A stretch of DNA of 64,000 nt, from the NCBI GenBank assembly GCA_030141605.1, contig JAQGDQ010000558.1:1-64000 (forward strand). Reading direction: 5' to 3'. Source of the DNA: Tubiluchus corallicola (lineage: Eukaryota; Animalia; Priapulida). The notes beneath the pieces are model-generated. The model was not told the origin of the DNA and did not search any database. It saw only the letters and a program-made list of their open reading frames with translations. A program made the translations under genes and the position numbers. Below, in pieces: positions 41,601 through 53,600 of the stretch. Numbering within the stretch: position 1 is the first letter of the stretch; the number at the start of each line of letters is the position of its first letter.

Positions 41601-44600
41601 CTCACGGTCTCTTATGAATCTCAGTATATCTATCTGGAGCACTCACGGTCTCTTATGAATCTCAGTATATCTATCTGCAGCACTCACGGTCTCTTATGAA
41701 TCTCAGTATATCTATCTGCAGCACTCACGGTCTCTTATGAATCTCAGTATATCTATCTGCAGCACTCACGGTCTCTTATGAATCTCAGTATATCTATCTG
41801 CAGCACTCACGGTCTCTTATGAATCTCAGTATATCTATCTGCAGCACTCACGGTCTCTTATGAATCTCAGTATATCTATCTGCAGCACTCACGGTCTCTT
41901 ATGAATCTCAGTATATCTATCTGCAGCACTCACGGTCTCTTATGAATCTCAGTATATCTATCTGCAGCACTCACGGTCTCTTATGAATCTCAGTATATCT
42001 ATCTGCAGCACTCACGGTCTCTTATGAATCTCAGTATATCTATCTGCAGCACTCACGGTCTCTTATGAATCTCAGTATATCTATCTGCAGCACTCACGGT
42101 CTCTTATGAATCTCAGTATATCTATCTGCAGCACTCACGGTCTCTTATGAATCTCAGTATATCTATCTGCAGCACTCACGGTCTCTTACGAGTCTCTGTA
42201 AATCTGCCTGTAGCACTCACGGTCTCTTACGAGTCTCTGTAAATCTGTCTGCAGCACTCACGGTCTCTTATGAATCTCAGTATATCTATCTGCAGCACTC
42301 ACGGTCTCTTATGAATCTCAGTATATCTATCTGCAGCACTCACGGTCTCTTATGAATCTCAGTATATCTATCTGCAGCACTCACGGTCTCTTATGAATCT
42401 CAGTATATCTATCTGCAGCACTCACGGTCTCTTATGAATCTCAGTATATCTATCTGCAGCACTCACGGTCTCTTATGAATCTCAGTATATCTATCTGCAG
42501 CACTCACGGTCTCTTATGAATCTCAGTATATCTATCTGCAGCACTCACGGTCTCTTATGAATCTCAGTATATCTATCTGCAGCACTCACGGTCTCTTATG
42601 AATCTCAGTATATCTATCTGCAGCACTCACGGTCTCTTACAGTTTGTATAATGCATAATTTGTACTATGAGCTACTTGTAAACATGTAAAGCATACCTAG
42701 ATTAACTGCAGCTCTTTACCATCAAACAGAGTATGCAGTTCATTGTAATGGATTAAATAATAGACAATTTGGTAAGTTGTTTAGTCTTGTGATTGAAAGA
42801 GCCTCACGACTGTGCAAAGAACAAGATTGCGAGGACATACAAACGTTCAATATTTTTAGTACGCGTGCTTATAGCAAAAAAACTGATATAAGTCCAAAAT
42901 AAGCAGAAAGGTTGTTAAGCCATTCTAATGTTACTGCTTGGTTAAACTGGAACATATACATTAAATTACATCACATTAAGATATGCTACATACTTTTTCA
43001 AGTTTGCACGTTACATTCTACGCAAGGAACTAAATTGTTTTAACTAAAATAAATCATTGTTATACCGTGCTAATAAACAAGATGATAAGTAGTTATCATT
43101 TCTGTTTCTAGGTTGCAGCACATGCATTAAAGTATGAAGAAACAGCCACGCTTACTATTAGCGATCATTATTTGTACAGCGATCATGGTGATGATGTTCT
43201 ATTACTTACTAATGATTCCAAGCAGGCATGTGAAAGAATGTTCCCGACAGAGACATAATCGTGCAAATCGCAACTACAGCAAGATCATATGCAAGGAAAA
43301 CAATGAAAATACTAGTGATTCTGAAAACTTTCTGCATTGGTTTGTTTCAAAGTATCTCAGAAACACAGAGAGATTAGAACATCGACATTCAGATCGTCTT
43401 AGTCCCATACCACATACAGGAAATGATATCAAAATCATATTGTTCTGGACTCCGTCATATCACAGTAACAGATGGAAAGGGGCCGAGCGATCGTTTCTCA
43501 ACTGTTCCTACTCTTGCGCGGCAGAATACAGTCACAGCATGATACTTTACGCAGATGCCGTCTTATTTTTTGGGTTTACAACTGACGCCAAAAATCTACC
43601 GTATAAACGTGACCTATCTCAGCCATGGATTTTCTACTCGCTAGAGCCGCCGACGATCACGGCAAGAAGCGGTTTCCATGGTAACATGTATGCGGATTTT
43701 TTCAATTGGACCATGACCTACAGGACCGATTCAGACATTTATATACCATATAAGTTTTATGCTGAGCAAGAAACATTAGTGGATGATGCTACAATGCAGA
43801 CTGCAAGTGAATTAACAAAGAATGTGACTGAAGAACAAAACTTGAAGGTACCAACAGAAAATGAAATTGTATTCAATTCCACAAAGTTGGTTGTAGCAAT
43901 GATTAGTAACTGTAAAAGAAAACAAAGATTAAACGTCGTACGAGAGTTACAAAAACATGTACCAGTTGAGGTATTTGGCAGGTGCACACAGAGACCTCTA
44001 TGCAAGAATGAAACGAACAAAACATCATGTTTAAAAGCCGAGTTGTCGCAGTACAAATTCTACCTCTCGTTCGAAAATTCACAGTGCATTGATTACGTAA
44101 CGGAAAAGTACTGGACAACTCCATTCAAGTACGGTTTAGTGCCGATTGTGTGGGGTACAACTATAGCAAATTATGCAGAGATAGCTATTCCTGGCTCATA
44201 CATACACATAGATGAATTTGAGTCGACTAAAGAGCTGGCGCAGTATCTACTGCTGTTGGACAGCAACGAAAATTTGTACAATAAATACTTCAAGTGGAAA
44301 GATAAGTACACCATCAAGTCTGATAGTCGTTGGTGTAAGTTGTGCCAGCGGCTACACGAAGAAAACCACGAACAAAAAGTTTACCATGACTTTTATACAT
44401 GGTGGGAAAAATCGTGTAAAGTATGATACTGCATTTAGTACAATAAAATGCTTCAACTTGAATTCAAAGCACGCAAAAATAACTCGTGGTATGTTATTTT
44501 AGTAAGGCAATTAGCAACATTCCATCGACAATGAAAGATGTTTATATCTTTTTCTCAATTTCACAATGAATAAGCAGTTTACTTTTACAATAGCTGTAGC

Positions 44601-47600
44601 AGACGTAGCCTTTTTTTGTTAATCTTGTTTACAAATTCGTGCACGAGGCGCCATCTGTGGCGGGAATGTAAAGCTTTTGGTTTTGCCCAGTTTTTCTGTT
44701 TGTTACCTGCTAGTCACCTGTCTGTTTTACTCACCTGTGCTCTGAACAGTCAGGTTAATCCACTTTATGGGATGTGAGAGACATTATGTACTGATTATGT
44801 TACAGTAAAGCATTCAGTGGTATAAACCTCCGTTGACAGTGTTTCTGTAACTACTATGTCTATTCTTTTCTTTTGACACAGAAGAAAACCGACGGCACAT
44901 AACCATCGAGTTGTTGCACAGTTGTAAACTTTTGCAAGTATTTCTGCGTGTGTTTTGTTTTGACATATTTAGCGCCACCAATGTACAGAATTTGTACTAA
45001 AGATTTCGCCGTTAATAGTCAGCAAAAAATACAAGCTCGTTTCAAAGTGGTTATTAACTTATGGTTAATAATGGTTATGGTTAATAATGGTTATGGTTAA
45101 TAACCATTTTGAAACGCGCTTGTTATTTTTTGCTGACTATTAACGGTGAAATCTTTAGTACAAATTCTGTACATGAGTGATTGGTGGTGCTAAATATGTC
45201 AAAACAAAACACACGCAGAAATACTTGCAAAAGTTTACAACTGTTAATAACCATTAATTTTATTTTCTTAGAAATGTTTGGGACAAAGGGTATGGTAGAA
45301 ACGTCACTATATGTAACTAATGACTGAAGTTAAGCAGTGACAAGACTGGTGAGTGAATGGATGGGTGACTACCAGGATCACCTCTGGCTTGGTTGGAGCG
45401 AGAATGAATTCCCATGTGAATGTGGTGGAAACACATTTGCCGTTTTAATTTCTCGGCTTGTAGGATTAATCTTCATAATGAACTGGAATTCCGGTAACAC
45501 GACAGCCAGCCATGTCAAGCAAGCCCAGGCAAATGAGTATTGGATTCCAGTGTGCATAGTGCAAAACTGCATAAAAATGTACATTCCCGCATAACTGCAG
45601 CCTGCAGAAAATGCTAGAATGAGGCTTTTTTCAAGTACAACTCATTAAGTACGGCCCGCACACCAAACTACGCTACCCATTCACTGAAGTGTAAACCCAC
45701 GTAAGTTTTCATATTGAAGAAACTGGTTTCGCACGTGGTCCATTTAATGAGCACAGACATTAACAGAACACATTGACTGGTACTGCGTATATTTGGGGAC
45801 CAGAGCTATCTGTATTTTTGATTGTATCATATTAAGCATGTTTGATAAAAACCCCATCAGCATACGAAGTTTCAGTCCTGTAGGTACAATAGCTGATGAG
45901 TGCACAAACAGACGGACATACACACACATACATTTTTTTCACTCTTTAAGACTCACTCAAAATCGTAATTACATATTATGATTTCCTTTCTCAACTTTCA
46001 GGTTTATTGCTCTTATACCATTGCTATTATTACATCATTTACTTCATCCTTATTTACATTAAGTTATCTACAGAAGCACGCATAATTATAATCATTTTTT
46101 CATTTAAGTAAGGTGAGTGTGTTAATGACCGTATGATCGTACACTCACCTCGCACTACTCAAATTATTACATCATTTACTTCATCCTTATTTACATTAAG
46201 TTATCTACAGAAGCACGCATAATTATAATCATTTTTTCATTTAAGTAAGGTGAGTGTGTTAATGACCATATGGTCGTACACTCACCTCGCACTACTCAAA
46301 TTATTACATCATTTACTTCATCCTTATTTACATTAAGTTATCTACAGAAGCATGCATGACTATAATCATTTTTTCATTTAAGTAAGGTGAGTGTGTTAAT
46401 GACCGTATGGTCGTACACTCACCTCGCACTACTCAAATTATTACATCATTCACTTCATCCTTATTTACATTAAGTTATCTACAGAAGCATGCATAAATAT
46501 AATCATTTTTTCATTTAAGTAATGTGAGTGTGTTAATGACCGTATGGTCGTACACTCACCTCGCACTACTCAAATTATTACATCATTTACTTCATCCTTA
46601 TTTACATTAAGTTATCTACAGAAGCATGCATAAATATAATCATTTTTTCATTTAAGTAATGTGAGTGTGTTAATGACCGTATGGTCGTACACTCACCTCG
46701 CATTACTCAAATTATTTTATGTAAAGTTTATTAATGTGTTTGATATTGTATTTTGATGTGTAAAATAAAATTCATAATTCATAGTTCGTAGTAGTACATG
46801 CACGCACACGGACATCGCCATTCTTCTATAATAGTATGAATGCTCATACAAAATTGATAATAAAAAAATAGCGAGCATTTATACCTGGAGCGTTCCTGCT
46901 CGGGATTGTTCAAGTAGGCAGTTGGACTTCGGTTGATGTTTGAATTCAAAAGCTCTCCGTGATTTAGATACATATTTCCTGGCTGCAGGTTCTGACTGGC
47001 AATGCTAATGCTCTGCAATAAATCACCAATTGAAGTGTTTCAACGGGTAAAGTTAGTTTGGATACAGAATTTCACTGACAGTTTCATATGAATCAATAGA
47101 ACACGAATCTGTAAATGATGAACACAAAGAACTAATGATATTTAAAAGATTTTGAAGGCCAGAATGTTGATAAATCATTGCAGTTGATGATTTTAATGAT
47201 ATCATTAGTTGCCAGTTAATGTGAGAAAAAGGAGCCGACTACTATCGTGGGTGCGGGTGGGGCTGCTCTGTCGTGTTGATTTAGATTTTAGATTTAATAT
47301 TTTATTTCAAACTTCACAAAGTTCATATACACATCACAAATTAATACAAATAATACAATAAATCATGACACACAACAATAACACAAATAACAATTAACGA
47401 TATAACAAATTACACCAATCTAATTACAGAAGTAAAGTTTGCATCATTGTTTAAAATGTTCTTGCATATAAAATTTTCACTCTTATTCAGCCTGACGTGT
47501 AAACTGTATGCACATTTTCTGTGAATCACATCAAAATAAATAATATTAAGTCTAGTAGAAATGTATCTAGCGCTCGTATCATATGAAAAGTTAAACAGCT

Positions 47601-50600
47601 TCCGTGTTGATACATTATATGCAACCTTGAGTTTGCTAAGATTGTAAGAATAAAAATGTCTCCAAGTGGACATACAATAAAAAGTAGTGCAGTAAGCATT
47701 AAACAATTGTCTCTTCACGTTAACTGAACAGTGAGTAAATTTTGTTGGATTGGTAGCTCAGCTGGCACAGCATAGGACTATTAATCAGCTTCAAGTCCTG
47801 ACGGGCTCACAATTTTCCAGCGTATCCTGTCTGTCTTTAACTCGTTCTCATGGCTATAATTTCCATAAAACAAACTGCGATGGTTCATCAATATTCTAGC
47901 ATTCACAATCATAATCTCACTAATCACATCCAATTATAAAACGCAGTTCCTTCACAAAAAATACATTACAAACTCTATAAAGCTATCCATTCATTGACGA
48001 AAAGCACCCAGAATTAACTTTTACCATTAATTCATTCAAAAGCATTTTGTTGCCCCGTATTTCTGGTACCGCTGCTTAGCCAATTAAGCAATTTGCAAAA
48101 TGGTTCATTAAATTCTACATACCTGTAAAAAGAGTAGTAACTTGACTATTAACTTTTTAGCCAAACATACGTTATATGATATAAACTCAATATGCGGTTT
48201 CAACTTACATAAAATTGTTATAGACAATAATGTAACTCTTGAAGACGTATTCTCAAATTTTCTGTATTATCTCATAAGACTGTGAAAGGATGCAACTTAT
48301 CTGCTATGCAGTTAGCCACAATTAACTTAGTAAAAGATTGTACAAGTTGGACAGAGAGAGAGAGAGAGAGAGAGATGGAGGAGAGGGAGAGAGGGAGGAG
48401 AGAGAGATAGAGAGAGAGAGAGGGGGGAGGAGAGAGAGAGGGTTAGGAGAGAGAGAGAGAGAGAGGGGGGAGGAGAGAGAGAGAGAGAGAGAAAAGAGGG
48501 AGAGAGAGAAAATTGAATATTGTTTTTTGTTGTCATTGTTCAACATTTATTTTACTTTTGCTACTAGCCTACTGATTTTTTTAACTGAACCAGTTATAAA
48601 CTTGCAATGCAAGTGTGTTCAAAAATAAATGATGTTACTAATGAGCTAGATGTGAGTCTTGCAAACCATCAACATTACCTGGCTGTCAGCTGGAACAATC
48701 ATAGATGTTCAGCTTGCAATGTGCAAGAGCATTATGGAACAATGATAGATGCTCAGCTTGCAAAATGCAAGAACATTATGGAACAATGATAGATGCTCAG
48801 CTAGCAAAATGCAAGAACATTATGGAACAATGATAGATGCTCAGCTAGCAAAATGCAAGAACATTATGGAACAATCATAGATGCTCAGCTTGCAAAGTGC
48901 AAGAGCAGTAATAAAATTAAAAAAGACTGTTCCTCATTTAATATCCATATAAGACAATTCCATATAACAATCTGTCACATTTTAATAGAAATTTCATAAT
49001 ATTCAATGCAAGTAGTATTAATAGATACAGTACCTTTACTATTCCATCCACAATGGCATCTAGACTTTGTCGCACAAACCCTAAAGATGTTATATCATAC
49101 AGGACGTATTGTAGGAAGCCACCAGGACCGCTATGTGTGTGGATACTTGACAGGCATACATTCTGCTCGTTGTAAACCATCCCGTATATGCTCTGCAACT
49201 TCTTAACCACCTATATAACATGATATGCACAATAACAGTAAGTTTAGTTTACAATTTTATAATGATGAATTAAATAAGGGATTGGAAACATGAGCTAAGA
49301 CTATGAAGAAGCATAAAATGCCACAAAGGAAATGGGAAGTAAACGAAAGGAAGTATTATGAGTGGAATACAGGTTCAGAAATAATGTTGGTTAAATATGA
49401 CTATTAAATGGAATAAATGAAAACAATTTTAATCGTTATTAACAAAAAAACAACAGAAAATTAATCTTTGCCAAATCACACATTTTTACATGTGAAATTT
49501 TTACTAAAATGTCTTACTAAAACTGGGCACTGAGTCTCAAAATCTCCATTTAAAATTTTTATGTAAAATTACTGGATGCACTTAGGGGGCAGATTATCAC
49601 CTTTTGGGGCCTCTCAGACGGAGTCACCCCAATAACTCACCCACACTGTCATGTTTCGCCCTACATTTAATAGTTCTCACATTATGCTTATGCAACATTA
49701 AGCCCTATTCATACTGTATGTTCAATTAATTGATATGTATGATATTTAGCTACTGGCAGTGATAGTTAATTGTGTTATTAATTACTGATATTTTGTTAGG
49801 ACGTAGGCACCTACTAACAAACCCCCTTTTGAATTCCGTCTGACCCACTCTTGTCTGCCCTATCGCGGCTGTAATGCAGTGGCTAAGTCAAGGTTAATGA
49901 TAGTGTACAGGTGAATAAAATTATAGCTGTTTTTAAGCGAGTGGCTTCTCGATGAACTTCGTTCTACACTGTTTAGATAGAGACGGCAACTTGACACAGA
50001 ACGAGACAGGTCGTTTACTCGTCTCTGTGAAGTTATGTGTTTTTGAACAGAAATGCCGTACTAGAAAGTTTCACACAAGATATGGTGTGTAATGTACATG
50101 GTGATACTGTGAGAGCCTAGTTGTTGTAAGCTATGGTCGTCAACCAGAGTTGTCCAGAGATGCTGGCTTGCAGTCTGCAATAGTGGAGTTACCCACTGAC
50201 TGACAAATGGATCGACCTACTACAGAACCACATTCAGGGTGGTAACAGGTACTTTTCGCTTTTGTTACGATCGTAACTAACGTCGCACTGATAACGTAAA
50301 CATCACGTATACTAGCCTAATGCTCTTCGATGCTACTTGCTGGGACACACACTCATTTTGAACATTAGCGACATTTTCACAGGTTGAAGTAAATTTACTG
50401 AATATTCTTTAAATAAAGTATCTTTTGTTTGTCAAATTCGAATAATCTTTAAGAAATACCACCATTTTACTATTTATTGTCAATTCTGTCTGCATAAATT
50501 TATACATTGCTTAGAATATCAACATTATATGTATTTATTATGCCTCTATGTCCATGTTCAATGTATTTATTATGCCTCTATGTCCATGTTCAATGTTCAA

Positions 50601-53600
50601 ATTTATGTTCATGTTCAATTTATGTTCAAATTTATGTTCAAATTTAAACTTAATCTCAATAGTTTTACACACCTTATTCTGAAATCTCCGTCAAGATAAT
50701 TGCGCATATTACTAATAGCAACATTACTTACAGGGTGGTTGACTTTGGTAACTTTTAGTTCTTCGCCACCCTTTCACCAATCACTTGAATATCATTAACT
50801 CAGATAATTTATTCATTTAATAACTTTGTCACTTTGTATCATATTATCGTTTCATGCTCTGTGTTTTTCTTGTAAAAAAGGTGATAAATAAATGAATAAA
50901 GATAGATAGATTTAACAGTTAACTCAAACTGGGTACCACGTAGAAGCAGAGCAAAGACAAACTGCGTTACAAATATTTTTGCAGCGATATTAAATTACTA
51001 ATTATCATCATCAAGTGTTGCAATGGGCGGGATACAAAAAATTTTCGTGGATCATTAAACCATCAGGTGGTTTGCCTTTCTACAGTTCCAACAGACTGAA
51101 CATTTTCGATGCACTTCATCAAAATGCTGCCCTCTGAAAAGTGCTGCCTTGCAGTTTACCCCCTCTTCTAACTGTGACCCTTTTTCTCTTTTCTGAAGGT
51201 TTAATTTTTCTACTGTTCTTGTTATTTCTGCCTGATTCAGTTTTTTACTGCACTTTTGTAGCCACCTGTTTCTGTTGTAAAAGATTAAAGCCTAGCTATT
51301 AGCAGGTCATCATTTTGAGTCTAAAATACTATCGCCACGCATTTTGAACCATTTGCAATCGTCGTTATTCTTGTTTGATAACTGATACATGCCATTTCCT
51401 CCATCAAGGAATTGGGGTAACCTCATTTTTTACCAAGTGTCATCAGAGCTTGAGGGGTCCTAGGCTACAGGCAATACTAGCCTTTTTTTCTCCTCATCTC
51501 CTAAGTAATTGTTGCTCTTTCTCATACTTACTTTTTCTCATAAATTTTTCTACATTACACTTTTTTGATACTTATTTTATCCTTCCATACTCTCAGTTTT
51601 TTAACTTTACTCACTAAACTTGGTCAAATTCCCCTGTTAATAAGACCCCATTTGAAACTACTACATATGATAATCCTAATTACTGAATAATTGTATTGTT
51701 TTGTTAAGATTTTGGTATCCAACTTTATTATTTTTTTCAGTTCTTTTTGGATAATTTGGATCATTTATACTGTTTTTATTTGTATTTTTTTCTTATTTGT
51801 TTTTGTTTTTGTTATCTGCAGCATCACCGTTAATTTTTAATATACTAATCTATTTATAAGAAAGGGCAGGAGACTAGATGACCCTATGGTCCTTCCCTGC
51901 CCTGCTCCATGATTATAATTACTTAATATTTAAAAAACTTTTGATGTTAAACTAATTGGAGAAAATAAATGTTTTATGTCTATGTCTATGTCTATGGGAT
52001 AATTTGTTAGCCAAGTAATTAAATTTAGCTTCCAGAAACAACGAAGAAACAATGAAACATTGCTGAAATTTAGAAAACATTAATACCTCAAGTTTCACAA
52101 GCTGCGATATCATAGCAACATCGGCACTGACAAAGACAATGCGTGTATCATTCGTTTTATCCGCTATCACAAACGCCCGACTGTAGAGACGAAAATGAAT
52201 GCCGCTGCTGGTTTGTGCAGGATTTGCATATCCCATCTATAAACAAAAAATGGTGTATTTTGATAGACTTACAAAGTAAAATAATTATCTTACATACTCT
52301 TACTTTTTAATTACTTTATTTTTAATTTAATTAATTCACTTTTTAGCCTGAAGTTAAAAACATTGACTCACTGACCAGAGTGGTGCAACCTGAAGGACGT
52401 TTTCACAAACATCTAAATTAAGTATCAAAGATGTCTTCGCAAACATTTTCTTGACAGAACTTAAGTAGGAATGAAACGAATGAATGGATGGAATGAGCTA
52501 TAAATTTCACACATCAAAATACAATATCATACACATTAATAAAATTTAAATAAAATGATTTAAGTAGTGTGAGGTGAGTGTACGACCATACGGTCATTAA
52601 CACACTCACCTTACTTAAATGAAAAAATGATTATAGTTGTGCATGCTTCTGTAGATAACTTAATGTAAATAAGGATGAAGTAAATGATGTAATAATTTGA
52701 GTAGTTCGAGGTGAGTGTATGACCATACGGTGATTAACACACTCACCTTACTTAAATGAAAAAATGATTATAGTTATACATGCTTCTGTAGATAACTTAC
52801 TGTAAATAAGGATGAAGTAAATTATGTAATAATTTGAGTAGTGCGAGGTGAGTGTACGACCATACGGTCATTAACACACTCATCTTACTTAAATGAAAAA
52901 ATGATTATAGTTATGCATGCTTCTGTAGATAACTTAATGTAAATAAAGATGAAGTAAATGATGTAATAATTTGAGTAGTGCAAGGTGAGTGTACGACCAT
53001 ACGGTCATTAACACACTCATCTTACTTAAATGAAAAAATGATTATAGTTATGCATGCTTCTGTAGATAACTTAATGTAAATAAGGATGAAGTAAATGATG
53101 TAACAATTTGAGTAGTGCGAGGTGAGTGTACGACCATACGGTCATTAACACACTCATCTTACTTAAATGAAAAAATGATTATAATTATGCATGCTTCTGT
53201 AGATAACTTAATGTAAATAAGGATGAAGTAAATGATGTAATAATTTGAGTAGTGCGAGGTGAGTGTACGACCATACGGTCATTAACACACTCACCTTACT
53301 TAAATGAAAAAATGATTATAGTTATGCATGCTTCTGTAGATAACTTAATGTAAATAAGGATGAAGTAAATGATGTAATAATTTGAGTAGTGCGAGGTGAA
53401 TGTACGACCATACGGTCATTAACACACTCACCTTACTTAAATGAAAAAATGATTATAGTTATGCATGCTTCTGTAGATAACTTAATGTAAATAAGGATGA
53501 AGTAAATGATGTAATAATTTGAGTAGTGCGAGGTGAGTGTACGACTATACGGTCATTAACACACTCACTTTACTTAAATGAAAAAATGATTATAGTTATA

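Noticed and set aside
40757-42640. CRISPR-like array (constant core plus variable part)
   Set aside because: Variable parts fall into two or three recurring classes rather than unique spacers; no cas genes; eukaryotic intron
43757-44502. ORFs overlapping the fucosyltransferase in other frames or strand
   Set aside because: Shadow ORFs of a real CDS
44595-44856. Possible solo LTR (also about 49794-50247)
   Set aside because: TG start and polyA-like signal but no matching TSD or clean paired termini
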